Assembly (NCBI GenBank): GCA_963709555.1
Contig: CAVPWR010000008.1
Span: 503,573-567,572 of the forward strand
Length of the DNA: 64,000 nt
DNA from: an uncultured beta proteobacterium
GTDB lineage: Bacteria > Pseudomonadota > Gammaproteobacteria > Burkholderiales > Rhodocyclaceae
Direction: 5' to 3'
Made by a program: the position numbers and the translations under genes. Below, piece after piece: positions 40,986-53,821 of the stretch (position 1 is the stretch's first letter; each line of letters opens with the position of its first letter). The notes under the pieces were generated by a model, which made no database searches, was not told the DNA's origin, and saw only the letters and a list, made by a program, of their open reading frames with translations.

Positions 40986-41726
40986 TCAGGAGGAATCGGA
41001 GTCGTCGAGCTCGCGCCACTGGCTCTGGCGCAGCCCTTCGAGGGGGCGGAAATTGGCCTTGTAGGCCATCTTGCCGCTGTCGTGGATCCAGTAGCCGAGA
41101 TAGAGGTAGGGCAGGCCGAGGTACTGACACTGCGCGATCTGCCAGAGCACGGCATAGGTGCCATAACTGGCGTTAGGGGTATCGGGATCGTAGAAGGTGT
41201 AGACCGAGGAGAGCCCATCCGGGAGCAGGTCGACGATGCAGACCATGCGCAGCACACCGTCCTCGCGGAACTCGACCAGGCGGCTGTCAACGTGAGATTG
41301 CAGCAGGAAGTGGGCGTACTGGTCGCGGCTGTCCTGGTCCATGCCGCCGCCGGAATGGCGTGCGGCCTGGTAGCGCTGGTAGAGCATGTAGTGCTCTTCG
41401 CGGTAGCTCAGCGGGCGCTCGACGGCGACGAGTCCGTGGTGGCGCTTGAGCGAACGGCGCTGGCTGCGGTTGGCCTCGAAGCGCGTCACCGGTACGCGCA
41501 CCGGCACGCATTCGCGGCAGGCGTCGCAATGCGGACGGTAGGTGAACACGCCGCTGCGGCGGAAGCCGGCGCGCACCAGTTCGCCATAGGTCGGGGTGTC
41601 GATCAGGTGCGTCGGCGTGGCGACCTGCGAGCGGGCCACGCGGCCCGGCAGGTAGGAACAGCCGTAGGGCGCGGTGGCGTAGAACTGGAGCAGCGGAAAC
41701 GGCGGCAGGTCCCGCAGATGAGTCAC
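40986..41726 (-). CDS. bpt: Aspartate/glutamate leucyltransferase (ATE-like, Bpt)
   Basis: [40 protein letters not shown]. Confidence 0.92.
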   Translation of the reverse strand: MTHLRDLPPFPLLQFYATAPYGCSYLPGRVARSQVATPTHLIDTPTYGELVRAGFRRSGVFTYRPHCDACRECVPVRVPVTRFEANRSQRRSLKRHHGLVAVERPLSYREEHYMLYQRYQAARHSGGGMDQDSRDQYAHFLLQSHVDSRLVEFREDGVLRMVCIVDLLPDGLSSVYTFYDPDTPNASYGTYAVLWQIAQCQYLGLPYLYLGYWIHDSGKMAYKANFRPLEGLRQSQWRELDDSDSS

Positions 41727-42439
41727 GGCGCGCTCCGATATGCGTTCGCCACCGCATCGCCCGGCCAGCGGCCGGGCGCATCACCCGCTGCCGTCAATTC
41801 GGCGAGGCGGGCGACGAAGTCGCGGCGCGGGATAGTGCGGGCGCCGAGGGAGGCTAAGTGGGCGGTTTCCATCTGACAGTCGATTATGCCGAAACCGCGG
41901 CGGCGCAGGTGTACACACAAGTGCGCTAGGGCGATCTTCGAGGCGTCGGTGGCGCGGGAGAACATCGACTCGCCGTAGAAGGCGCGGCCGATGGCGACGC
42001 CGTAGAGCCCGCCGGCGAGCTTGCCGTCGATCCAGGTCTCGACGCTGTGGGCGACGCCGAACTCATGCAGGCGGCGGTAGGCGGCCTGCATTTCGGCGGT
42101 GATCCAGGTGCCGGCTTGGCCCTCGCGCGGGGCCGTGGCGCAGGCGGCTGCGACCGCGGCGAATGCCGTGTCGAGCCGTACCTCGTAACGCTTGTTGCGC
42201 AGCACCTTGGCCAGGGCGCGGCCGATCTTGAGCTCTTCGGGGAACAGCACCATGCGCGGGTCGGGGCTCCACCAGAGTATCGGTTCGCCGGCGGAGAACC
42301 AGGGGAAGATGCCGCGGGTGTAGGCGGCGACGAGGCGTTGCGGCGAGAGGTCGCCGCCGGCGGCCAGCAGGCCGTTGGGCTCGACCAGCGCTGTTTCGAC
42401 CGGCGGAAAGAGGATTTCCGGCGGCAGCCAGGGAATCAC
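41723..42439 (-). CDS. aat: Leucyl/phenylalanyl-tRNA-protein transferase
   Basis: [38 protein letters not shown] start overlapping the fbpC stop. Confidence 0.95.
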   Translation of the reverse strand: MIPWLPPEILFPPVETALVEPNGLLAAGGDLSPQRLVAAYTRGIFPWFSAGEPILWWSPDPRMVLFPEELKIGRALAKVLRNKRYEVRLDTAFAAVAAACATAPREGQAGTWITAEMQAAYRRLHEFGVAHSVETWIDGKLAGGLYGVAIGRAFYGESMFSRATDASKIALAHLCVHLRRRGFGIIDCQMETAHLASLGARTIPRRDFVARLAELTAAGDAPGRWPGDAVANAYRSAP

Positions 42440-43506
42440 GGCGCGCGGGTGGTGAAGGCGACGACGTGATCGACGTCGAGGCGGATGCCGATCTTCTCGC
42501 CGATGGCGTGGTTGTGGTGCGAAGGCACCAGCGACAGCACCCGCGCGCCGGAGGCCAGCTTGAGGGTGTACATGAACTCGGCGCCGCGAAATGTCTTCTT
42601 TTCGACCTCGGCGACGATGCCGGAATCGTCGTCGTGGATCACGTCGTCGGGCCGCAGCAGCACGTCGAGGCGGCAGCCGCGGCCGCAGCTGGCGCAGTCG
42701 GTGCCGCAGTCGAGCGGCACGTCGCTGACGAGCCGGCCGAGCTCGACCTGGATGGCGTTGCGGCTGACGACTTCGCCTGGCACGAACACGCCCTGGCCGA
42801 CGAAGTCGGCGACGTAGCGCGTCGCCGGCCGGTGGTAGAGGTCGTAGGGCGTGTCCCACTGTTCGATGCGGCCGCGGTTCATGATGCCGACGACATCGGC
42901 GACGGCGAAGGCCTCGTGCTGGTCGTGGGTGACGAGGATGGCGGTGGTGCCGGTGCGCTTGATGATCTCGCGTACCTCGAGCGCGAGGCGCTCGCGCAGT
43001 TCGACGTCGAGGTTGGAAAAGGGCTCGTCGAGCAGCAGCAGGTGCGGATGCGGTGCCAGCGCGCGGGCCAGCGCCACGCGCTGCTGCTGGCCGCCGGAGA
43101 GTTCGTGCGGGAATTTCGCGCCGTGGCCGCCGAGGCCGACGATGTCGAGCAGTTCATCGACGCGTTGCCGTGTCGCTACAGCCGACTTTTCCTGCAGGCC
43201 GAAGGCGATGTTGGCCGCGATGGTGAGGTGCGGGAACAGCGCGTAGTCCTGGAACACCATGCCGATGTGGCGCTGCTCCGGCGGCAGCTGGCGCTGCGGG
43301 CTACCGACCATTTCGCCGCGCAGCCGGATCTCGCCGGACGTGGGCCGCTCGAAGCCGGCGATCAGGCGCAAGACCGTGGTCTTGCCGCAGCCCGAAGCGC
43401 CGAGCAGGCAGCCGATCTCGCCCTCCTCGAGCGAGATGGACAGGTCGTCGACGATGGCCTGGCGGCCGTAGGCGTGGCTGACGTGATCGAGTTGCAGCAG
43501 CGGCAT
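42436..43506 (-). CDS. fbpC: Fe3+ ABC transporter ATP-binding protein
   Basis: [39 protein letters not shown]. Confidence 0.88.
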   Translation of the reverse strand: MPLLQLDHVSHAYGRQAIVDDLSISLEEGEIGCLLGASGCGKTTVLRLIAGFERPTSGEIRLRGEMVGSPQRQLPPEQRHIGMVFQDYALFPHLTIAANIAFGLQEKSAVATRQRVDELLDIVGLGGHGAKFPHELSGGQQQRVALARALAPHPHLLLLDEPFSNLDVELRERLALEVREIIKRTGTTAILVTHDQHEAFAVADVVGIMNRGRIEQWDTPYDLYHRPATRYVADFVGQGVFVPGEVVSRNAIQVELGRLVSDVPLDCGTDCASCGRGCRLDVLLRPDDVIHDDDSGIVAEVEKKTFRGAEFMYTLKLASGARVLSLVPSHHNHAIGEKIGIRLDVDHVVAFTTRAP

Positions 43507-43519
43507 GGGTGGCTCGGAG

Positions 43520-43541
43520 TTGAGAGTCATTCTCAATTATA
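43520..43541. promoter_or_regulatory. Fur box overlapping the fbpC -10 element
   Basis: TTGAGA-GTCAT-TCTCAA dyad next to TATAAT (minus strand, 43536-43541), between divergent iron-transport genes. Confidence 0.78.
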
Positions 43542-43654
43542 ATTACTTTTTAATTCAAGTCAGACGCCGTTTTTGCCTGGTTGAAGGGGACGCTGGTGCG
43601 CCCCTTAACCTGGCAAAACCGGACGTGATTGAACACTGTTTTTTCAAACCCATC

Positions 43655-45304
43655 GTGCAGCGTCTGTCCCTCTTCGCTTTCCTTGTCGCCGCGCTCGTCG
43701 CGCTGCCGGTGTTGTCGGTCGGCGTGAACCTGTTCGCCGGCGGCACGGGCGACACCTGGAACCACCTCGCGGCGACGGTGCTGCCGGAATATGTCGCCAA
43801 CTCGCTGTGGCTGTGCCTGGGCGTGGCGCTCGGCGTCGGCAGCATGGGCACGACCATGGCGTGGCTGACGGCGATGCACGACTTCCCCGGGCGTCGCATC
43901 TTCGACTGGGCGCTGCTGCTGCCGATGGCGATGCCGGCCTACGTGCTGGCCTACACCTACACGGATTTCCTGCAGTTCGTCGGCCCGGTGCAGACCGGGC
44001 TGCGCGAGGCCTTCGGCTGGACCAAGGCCGACTACTGGTTCCCCGACGTGCGCACGCTGCCCGGCGCGGTGGTGATGTTCTCCTGCGTGCTCTATCCCTA
44101 CGTCTACCTGGTGGTGCGCACGGCCTTCCTCGAGCGCGGCAGCGGCATGCTCGAGGCGGCGCGGGTGCTGGGCCTGTCGCCGTGGCGGGCGTTCTGGCGG
44201 GTGTCGCTGCCGCTGGCGCGGCCGGCCATCGCCACCGGAATCGCGCTGGCATTGATGGAAACGCTGGCCGACTACGGCACCGTCGCCTATTTCTCGGTGC
44301 CCACCTTCACCACCGGCATCTACCGCGCCTGGTTCTCGCTCGGCGACCGCGTCGCGGCGGCACAGCTCGCGGCCGGGCTGCTCGGCTTCGTGCTGCTGCT
44401 GCTGGCGCTGGAGCGCTTCTCGCGCGGCCGCGCGCGCTACCACGACAGCAGCGGCCGCCGTCGCCCACCCGGCGGCCGCCGGCTGACCGGCTGGCGCGGC
44501 TGGCTGGCCTTCCTCGCCTGCCTCATGCCGCTGCTGGCCGGATTCGTGCTGCCGGCCGTCCTGCTCGCACGCATGGCGCTGGGCGAGATCGAAGGCGAAT
44601 TCGCCTCGCGTTTTTTTGTGCTGGCGAAGAACAGTTTCGTGCTGGCGAGCCTGTCGGCGCTGCTCGCGGCCGGGCTGGCGCTGCTGCTGGCCTACGCCGC
44701 GCGCCAGTCGGCGCGGGCCGGCGGCATGGGCGCGGTGGCTGCGCGCCTGGCCAGCCGCCTGGTCGGGCTGGGCTATGCCGTGCCCGGTTCGGTCATCGCG
44801 GTGGGCGTGCTGATCCCGGTCACGCGCCTCGACCACGCCCTGGCCGCGCTATGGCAGCAGCTGGGCGGCGCCAATCCCGGGCTGATCCTCACCGGCGGCA
44901 TCGCGGCGCTGGTCTATGCCTACCTCGCCCGCTTCCTTTCGATCGCGCTGCAGACGGTGGAAGCCGGCATCGCCCGCATCACCCCGAGCATGGACGACGC
45001 GGCGCGCAGCCTCGGCTGCGGCCCGGGCGCGACGCTGCGCCGCGTGCATCTGCCGCTGCTGCGCGGCAGCCTGCTCACCGCCTCGCTGCTGGTGTTCGTC
45101 GACGTGATGAAGGAACTGCCGGCAACGCTGGTGATGCGCCCCTTCAACTTCGAGACGCTGGCGACGCAGACCTATACGCTGGCCGCCGACGAGCGCCTGG
45201 CCGAAGCCTCGATCGCCGCGCTCGCCATCGTCGCCGTCGGCCTGGTGCCGATCATCGTGCTGGCGCGGCAGATCGCCGCGGGGCGACAGACGACGGCCTG
45301 CTGA
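43655..45304 (+). CDS. fbpB: Fe3+ ABC transporter permease
   Basis: PMAMPAYVLAY, YPYVYL, METLADYG, KELPATL..RPFNF; two EAA loops. Confidence 0.9.
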   Translation: MQRLSLFAFLVAALVALPVLSVGVNLFAGGTGDTWNHLAATVLPEYVANSLWLCLGVALGVGSMGTTMAWLTAMHDFPGRRIFDWALLLPMAMPAYVLAYTYTDFLQFVGPVQTGLREAFGWTKADYWFPDVRTLPGAVVMFSCVLYPYVYLVVRTAFLERGSGMLEAARVLGLSPWRAFWRVSLPLARPAIATGIALALMETLADYGTVAYFSVPTFTTGIYRAWFSLGDRVAAAQLAAGLLGFVLLLLALERFSRGRARYHDSSGRRRPPGGRRLTGWRGWLAFLACLMPLLAGFVLPAVLLARMALGEIEGEFASRFFVLAKNSFVLASLSALLAAGLALLLAYAARQSARAGGMGAVAARLASRLVGLGYAVPGSVIAVGVLIPVTRLDHALAALWQQLGGANPGLILTGGIAALVYAYLARFLSIALQTVEAGIARITPSMDDAARSLGCGPGATLRRVHLPLLRGSLLTASLLVFVDVMKELPATLVMRPFNFETLATQTYTLAADERLAEASIAALAIVAVGLVPIIVLARQIAAGRQTTAC

Positions 45305-45415
45305 TCGGCCGCAGGACATGGTTCGAGGCGGCCCGAGGGCGGCCATCCCGCCCGGCCTCCCGGCGCGCTCGTATCCGAGGGCATGTCCGCCATTCAGGAT
45401 CGCAACCGATTCCAC

Positions 45416-45462
45416 TTGACTGGTGATCAAACGATCACTACGATGGTAATCGAACGACCACC
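45416..45462 (+). promoter_or_regulatory. Sigma70 promoter with tandem palindromic operators upstream of the lexA-like gene
   Basis: TTGACT-17-TACGAT; GTGATC-AAAC-GATCAC (45423-45438) and GTAATC-GAAC-GACCAC (45446-45461). Confidence 0.78.
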
Positions 45463-45504
45463 AGATACCCTTTCCATATTCCTGCACACTTTCCGGAGAT
45501 CGCC

Positions 45505-46104
45505 ATGCCTCCCTCCGACACCGCCCGCGACGCCGACTACCTCGACCGCCTGCGCGACTACTACGCCGATGCCCGGCGCATCCCCTCCCATCAGCGCATC
45601 TGCGAACTGATGGGCTTCGCCTCCAAGGCCGCCGCCAACAAGCTGCTGCGCCGCCTCGAGGCCGCCGGCTTCCTCCGCCGCACCCCGGACGACGATGCCT
45701 GGATGCCCGCCGGCCGCTTCTTCGAGCGTCCCCTGGCCGAGGCCTCGGTGCGGGCCGGCGCGCCGCTGCCGACCGAAGCCGTGGCGGCGGAACCCTTCCT
45801 CGTCGACGACTACGTCGTGCGCACTCCCTCGCGCACCGTGCTCATTCCCGTGCGGGGGGATTCCATGGTCGAGGCCGGCATCCACGAGGGCGACATCGCC
45901 GTGGTCGAGCGCGGCCGGGCGGCGGGGAAGGGGGATTTCGTCGTCGCCATCGTCGATAACGAATTCACCCTGAAGGAACTCGATCTGGAGCGCGGCAGGT
46001 TCATCCTCAAGCCGCACAATCCCGCCTACCCGGTGATCCGCCCGCAGGGCGAACTCGAGATCTTCGGGGTCATGGTCGGCCTCGTCCGACGGTATTCCGA
46101 CTAG
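45505..46104 (+). CDS. Non-canonical LexA-family repressor (wHTH plus S24 peptidase)
   Basis: IPSHQRICELMGFASK HTH, VRAG cleavage site, RGDSM (Ser), FTLKEL (Lys). Confidence 0.88.
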   Translation: MPPSDTARDADYLDRLRDYYADARRIPSHQRICELMGFASKAAANKLLRRLEAAGFLRRTPDDDAWMPAGRFFERPLAEASVRAGAPLPTEAVAAEPFLVDDYVVRTPSRTVLIPVRGDSMVEAGIHEGDIAVVERGRAAGKGDFVVAIVDNEFTLKELDLERGRFILKPHNPAYPVIRPQGELEIFGVMVGLVRRYSD

Positions 46105-46113
46105 GCGCCTGCC

Positions 46114-46584
46114 GTGAACCACAAGCACGTTCCGGGAGGCCCACCCCTCCCGGCGGGGAGGCTGTTTGCCGGATTGCCGCCGCCCTGCATCCCGCTCCCC
46201 GGCTGTCCCCTGCTGGCCAAGGCCGTGCCGGCGGGCTTCCCGTCGCCCGCCGCCGACTTCACCGAAGGGCGGATCAGCCTCGACGAACACCTGATCGAAC
46301 ACCAGGAGGCCACCTTCTTCGTCCGGGTCAAGGGCGATTCCATGACCGGCTTCGGCATCCATGACGGCGACCTGCTGGTGGTGGATCGCGCGCTGGCAGC
46401 CGCCGACCGCAGCATCGTCGTGGCCGTGGTCGACGGCGAGTTCACCGTCAAGCAGTTCTGCCGCCTGCCCGAGGGCTGCCTGCTGCGCTCCGGCAATCCC
46501 GGCCACCGCGACATCCTGGTCGGGGCGGATCAGGACTTCGCCGTCTGGGGCATCGTCACCAGTTCCATCCACCGCCTGCTCTGA
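46114..46584 (+). CDS. umuD: DNA polymerase V subunit UmuD
   Basis: [37 protein letters not shown]. Confidence 0.92.
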   Translation: MNHKHVPGGPPLPAGRLFAGLPPPCIPLPGCPLLAKAVPAGFPSPAADFTEGRISLDEHLIEHQEATFFVRVKGDSMTGFGIHDGDLLVVDRALAAADRSIVVAVVDGEFTVKQFCRLPEGCLLRSGNPGHRDILVGADQDFAVWGIVTSSIHRLL

Positions 46585-47849
46585 TGCTGGCCCTGGTCGA
46601 CGGCAACAACTTCTACGTCTCCTGCGAGCGGGTCTTCAACCCCAGGCTCGAGGGCGTGCCGGTGGTGGTGCTGTCCAACAACGACGGCTGCGCCGTGGCC
46701 CGCAGCAACGAGGTCAAGGCGCTGGGCGTGAAGATGGGCACTCCCTGGTTCCAGATGCGCGACCTCGCCCGCCGGCATGGCATCGTGGCCCTGTCGAGCA
46801 ATTACGCCCTTTACGCCGACATGAGCGATCGCATGATGGCGGTGCTCGCCCGCTTCTCGCCGGACCAGGAGATCTACTCCATCGACGAGTGCTTCCTCGG
46901 CATGGACGGTTTCGGCCACTTCGACCTGGTCGAGCACGGCCAAGCGATTCGCCGCCGGGTGCGGCAGTGGGTGGGCATTCCGGTGTGCGTCGGCATCGCG
47001 CCGACCAAGACCCTGGCCAAGCTCGCCAACCATTGCGCCAAGAAGGCGCTGGCCGGGGACGCGGGCGTCTGCGACCTGTCGCGGATGATGCAGCGGGAAC
47101 GCTCGCGGCTGTTCGCCGGCATCGCGGTCGGCGAGGTCTGGGGTGTCGGCCCGCGCCTGTCGCGGCAACTGGCGGAGCGGGGCATCGCGACGGTGGAAGC
47201 CTTGCGCACGGCGGATGCCAAGACCCTGCGGCGGGAGTTCTCGGTGGTGCTGGAGCGCACCGTGATGGAACTCAATGGCATTGCCTGCATGGCGCTGGAG
47301 GATGCCGCCCCCAACAAGCAGCAGATCATCTCCTCGCGCTCCTTCGGCCGCTATGTCCGGGATCTCGCGTCCCTGGGCGAGGCGGTGGCCAGCTACATCG
47401 CCATCGCCGCGGAGAAGCTCAGGGGCCAGGGCTCCCAGGCCGGCATGGTGCAGGTGTACATCCGCACCAACCCGCACAAGGCGGAACATCCGCAATACCA
47501 CCCGAGCCTGACCATCCCCCTGCCGCAGGCCAGCGACGACACGCTGCATCTGACCCGGGCCGCACTGTGGGGCCTGCGGCGGATCTACCGGCCCGGCTAC
47601 GACTACCAGAAGGCGGGGGTGGCGCTGCTGAACCTGACGGACGCAGCGACGGGGCAGGGCGACCTCTTCGCCAAGGGCAGGGACAACAGCCGCCTGATGC
47701 AGGTGATGGACCGCATCAACGGCATCTGGGGACGGGGCACGCTGCGCTCGGCGGCGGAGGGGATCGAGAAGGAGTGGCGGATGAAGCGGGAGCGGAAGTC
47801 GCCGGGCTACACGACGCGGTGGGGGGAACTGCCGCTGGTGCGGGCGTGA
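46584..47849 (+). CDS. umuC: DNA polymerase V subunit UmuC
   Basis: [39 protein letters not shown]. Confidence 0.95.
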   Translation: MLALVDGNNFYVSCERVFNPRLEGVPVVVLSNNDGCAVARSNEVKALGVKMGTPWFQMRDLARRHGIVALSSNYALYADMSDRMMAVLARFSPDQEIYSIDECFLGMDGFGHFDLVEHGQAIRRRVRQWVGIPVCVGIAPTKTLAKLANHCAKKALAGDAGVCDLSRMMQRERSRLFAGIAVGEVWGVGPRLSRQLAERGIATVEALRTADAKTLRREFSVVLERTVMELNGIACMALEDAAPNKQQIISSRSFGRYVRDLASLGEAVASYIAIAAEKLRGQGSQAGMVQVYIRTNPHKAEHPQYHPSLTIPLPQASDDTLHLTRAALWGLRRIYRPGYDYQKAGVALLNLTDAATGQGDLFAKGRDNSRLMQVMDRINGIWGRGTLRSAAEGIEKEWRMKRERKSPGYTTRWGELPLVRA

Positions 47850-47983
47850 GCGGGTGCCACGCGAGCAGTCGCACGCGCCCGGTCGCGATCCCGTGCACCG
47901 CCCCGGATCCCCCGAATCTTTCCATCGAAAAAGCCGGAAAAGACTTTTTTCTCAATCCAGAAATAGAAACAACCAATTGATAG

Positions 47984-48014
47984 AAAAGAAAAACCCGACC
48001 TAAGCCGGGTTCTT
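47984..48014 (-). terminator. Rho-independent terminator of ssb
   Basis: AACCCG..CGGGTT stem followed by a T-rich run on the minus strand. Confidence 0.7.
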
Positions 48015-48042
48015 CAAATCTTTCCATACCTATAGCGTCTAG

Positions 48043-48510
48043 TTAGAACGGAATGTCGTCTTCGAAGTCGTTGAAGTTGGAACCCGCGGGCTGGCCGGCC
48101 GGCTTGCCGCCCTGTGCCGGTGCGCCGCGGCTGCCGCCGCTCTCGCGTGGCGGCATGTCGCCGCCGCCCATGCCTTCGCGCTTGCCGAGCATTTTCATCT
48201 CGTCGGCGACGATCTCGGTGGTGTAGCGGTCCTGGCCGTCCTGGCCCTGCCATTTGCGGGTCTTGAACGAACCCTCGATATAAACCTGCGAGCCCTTCTT
48301 CAGGTACTGGCCGGCGATTTCGGCCAGCTTGCGGAAGAAGACGACGCGGTGCCACTCGGTGGCTTCCTTCTTTTCACCGCTGCCCTTGTCCTTCCAGGTG
48401 TCCGTCGTGGCCAGGGTGATGTTGGTCACCGCCTCGCCGCTGGGCATGTAACGCACTTCCGGGTCCTTGCCCAGGTTGCCCACCAGAATCACTTTATTCA
48501 CCGATGCCAT
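48043..48510 (-). CDS. ssb: Single-stranded DNA-binding protein
   Basis: [25 protein letters not shown]-terminal DDIPF. Confidence 0.97.
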   Translation of the reverse strand: MASVNKVILVGNLGKDPEVRYMPSGEAVTNITLATTDTWKDKGSGEKKEATEWHRVVFFRKLAEIAGQYLKKGSQVYIEGSFKTRKWQGQDGQDRYTTEIVADEMKMLGKREGMGGGDMPPRESGGSRGAPAQGGKPAGQPAGSNFNDFEDDIPF

Positions 48511-48534
48511 TGCCGTCCCTCCTCCAGGAATCCA

Positions 48535-49719
48535 TTATGTTCGCCGCTTCGGCGCGACCAGCCCCGCCGATGCCACCAGCCACACCACCGCCAGACCCGC
48601 GCAGAACAGGCTGACCGCGCCCGCGCCATGGTGCTGCGCCAGCCAGCCGCCGAGCGCGCCGCCGAGAAACAGGCCGAGCGACTGCAGGGTATTGTAAATG
48701 CCCAGCGCCGTTCCCTTCGCATGCGGCGGCGCGATGCGTGAAATCCACGACGGCTGGGTCGCCTCGAGCACATTGAAGGCGACGAAGAACAACGTAAGCC
48801 ACAGCGCCAGCGGCCACAGCCCGGCACCGAAGAAATGCAGTCCGAGCTGCACCAGCAGCAGCAGGGCGATGGCGGCGATGAAGATCGGCTTCATGGCATC
48901 GCGCTTCTCGGCCACGATGATCGCCGGCACCATGATGACGAAGGACACCAGCACCGCTGGCAGATAGACCTTCCAGTGCTCGGCCGTCGCCAGGCCGCCG
49001 CTGGCGGCGAGCGCCACCGGCACGGTGACCCACATCGCCGTCTGCATCACGTGCAACGCGAAGACGCCGAGATTCATCCGCATCAGCTGGCCGTCTTTCA
49101 GCACCAGTCCGAAGCCGCCGATGGCGCGCGGCACGGGTGGCGCCGTTGGTACCACGAACAGCACCAGGCCGATGGCGGCCAGGGCGAGGATGCCGGTCAG
49201 CCAGAAGATGCCGGCCAGCCCGACGGCGGCGTAGAGCAGGGGCGCGGCCACCAGCGAGCCGGCGAAGACCAGGCCGATGCTCGATCCGATCATCGCCATC
49301 ACCTTGGTGCGGTGCTGCTCGCGCGTCAGGTCGGCGGCCAGCGCGGTGACCGCCGCCGAGATGGCGCCGGCGCCCTGCAGCACGCGGCCGAGGATCACCG
49401 TCGGCATGTCCTGCGCCAGCGCGGCGACGGCGCTGCCGACGGCGAACAGCACGAGGCCGACGACGATCACGGGCTTCCTGCCCCAGCGGTCGGAAGCGGC
49501 ACCGAAGGGAATCTGGAACAGCGCCTGGGTCAGGCCGTAGGCGCCCAGCGCGATGCCGACCAGCGTCAGGTCGGCGCCGCCGTCGAGCTGCCCGGCGCCG
49601 GCCGCGAACACGGGCAGGATCAGGAACAGGCCGAGCATGCGCAGGCCGAAAATCGCGGCGAGCGACGCACCGGCACGCCGCTCGTCGCGGGTCATCGGAT
49701 CCGAGCTGGGAGAACGCAT
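48535..49719 (-). CDS. YajR-like MFS transporter (start uncertain)
   Basis: [35 protein letters not shown]; conserved position between ssb and uvrA. Confidence 0.88.
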   Translation of the reverse strand: MRSPSSDPMTRDERRAGASLAAIFGLRMLGLFLILPVFAAGAGQLDGGADLTLVGIALGAYGLTQALFQIPFGAASDRWGRKPVIVVGLVLFAVGSAVAALAQDMPTVILGRVLQGAGAISAAVTALAADLTREQHRTKVMAMIGSSIGLVFAGSLVAAPLLYAAVGLAGIFWLTGILALAAIGLVLFVVPTAPPVPRAIGGFGLVLKDGQLMRMNLGVFALHVMQTAMWVTVPVALAASGGLATAEHWKVYLPAVLVSFVIMVPAIIVAEKRDAMKPIFIAAIALLLLVQLGLHFFGAGLWPLALWLTLFFVAFNVLEATQPSWISRIAPPHAKGTALGIYNTLQSLGLFLGGALGGWLAQHHGAGAVSLFCAGLAVVWLVASAGLVAPKRRT

Positions 49720-49786
49720 TGGGGGAAATGGCATTGGCAAAACGAGTCGCGTATATTATCAGGTCGCCTCAGCCTCCCTTCTCCCA

Positions 49787-52693
<2,907 letters not shown>

Positions 52694-52700
52694 GCGGACC

Positions 52701-53039
52701 ATGAGTTGCTTCGAGGATTATTTCCGGCAAGCAGAACAGCTCGAGCGCGAGATCCTCCGCAAGGGTCTGGTGCTGGGCATCAACTGGGACGACGAAACCG
52801 AAGTGTGCCAGCTGGCGCGCGAGGCGATCGAATTTCGGCTTGGCCCGGTGCACCCCGATTACACCTTCAGCGATCCGCAAACCCGCATCCGGGTCGAGCT
52901 CTTCGGTCTGGCGCAGCTGATGCTGACCGTGATGCGAAAAAGTGCCGAGGAAGGCATGCATACCCATGGCGGACCGGTATGGAAGGTCTTCGGCCGCGCC
53001 TTGTATGATGCATCGAGAATGGAGGACGGCATGCCATGA
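52701..53039 (+). CDS. Hypothetical protein
   Basis: ORF between uvrA and sapC with an ATGA overlap to sapC; ELFGLAQLML..M..SA.EG..THGG.VWK. Confidence 0.72.
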   Translation: MSCFEDYFRQAEQLEREILRKGLVLGINWDDETEVCQLAREAIEFRLGPVHPDYTFSDPQTRIRVELFGLAQLMLTVMRKSAEEGMHTHGGPVWKVFGRALYDASRMEDGMP

Positions 53040-53821
53040 CAATTGCCGGACTCGGCCTCTACCGCGACGTCGCGCCGCTCGACAGCGTGCGCGACGCCGA
53101 ACTGCGCATCCAGCCCGTGCAGGACTTCGCCTTCGCCAGCGAGCTCAAGGACTGCGTGATCACCGCCGACGAATTCGCCGCCGCCTGCCACTCGCAGCCC
53201 ATCGTCTTCACCCGCGGGACGGACGGCAGGCTGTTCGCCGCCGCCGTGCTGGCGCTGCCCGACAGCGCTATGGGCTCCCCCACGCTCGCCTCGCTCGCTG
53301 CCCCCACGGGGGGTTCTGCCGCCTCGGGGCGGCCCGTCGGCGGCAACGTGTTCGTCGACAAAAGTCGGCGCTGGCGGGACGGTGAATACATCCCCGCCTT
53401 CATCCGCCGCTATCCCTTCGTGCCGATCATGAACGGCGACAAGCTCGCACTGGGCATCGACCGCGCCTACGCCGGCCTGTCCACCGAGAGCGGCGAGCGG
53501 CTGTTCGAGAACGGCCAGCCCACGGCCTACACGCAGAACGTGCTGCACTTCATGGCCGAGTTCCAGTCGGCGTGGGAGCGTACCCTGGCGCTGGTCAAGG
53601 CCCTCGACGTGCTCGGCGTGCTCGAACCCTTCCAGGTCATGGCGCGCCACGAGCAGCGCCAGCAGGTGCTGGGCGGCCTGCTGCGGGTGTCGGAGGCGAA
53701 GTTCAACGCCCTCAAGGACAAGGACAGCCTGCGCCTGATCCGCAACAGCGGCCTCAAACTGGCCGTGGCGCAGATGCTCTCTCTGGCGCAGTTCGAGAAA
53801 CTCGACCGCTACGCGCGCTGA
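53036..53821 (+). CDS. sapC: SapC family protein containing an in-frame repeat insertion
   Basis: EF..A....PIVF, N.FVD, W...YIPAFIRRYPF, GERLF, SL. Confidence 0.82.
   Translation: MTIAGLGLYRDVAPLDSVRDAELRIQPVQDFAFASELKDCVITADEFAAACHSQPIVFTRGTDGRLFAAAVLALPDSAMGSPTLASLAAPTGGSAASGRPVGGNVFVDKSRRWRDGEYIPAFIRRYPFVPIMNGDKLALGIDRAYAGLSTESGERLFENGQPTAYTQNVLHFMAEFQSAWERTLALVKALDVLGVLEPFQVMARHEQRQQVLGGLLRVSEAKFNALKDKDSLRLIRNSGLKLAVAQMLSLAQFEKLDRYAR
53277..53345 (+). repeat. Family-1 repeat, copy D, in frame (69 nt) within sapC
   Basis: CCCCCACGCTCGCCTCGCTCGCTGCCCCCACGGGGGG..TGCCGCCTCGGGGCGGCCCGTCGGCGGCA, near-identical to copy C. Confidence 0.88.

Noticed and set aside
40986..42439. aat-bpt pair as a novel system
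   Set aside because: This is the established N-degron pathway gene pair, common in proteobacteria.
42436..45304. fbpB/fbpC without fbpA
   Set aside because: The binding-protein gene may simply lie outside this window, so its absence here is not informative.
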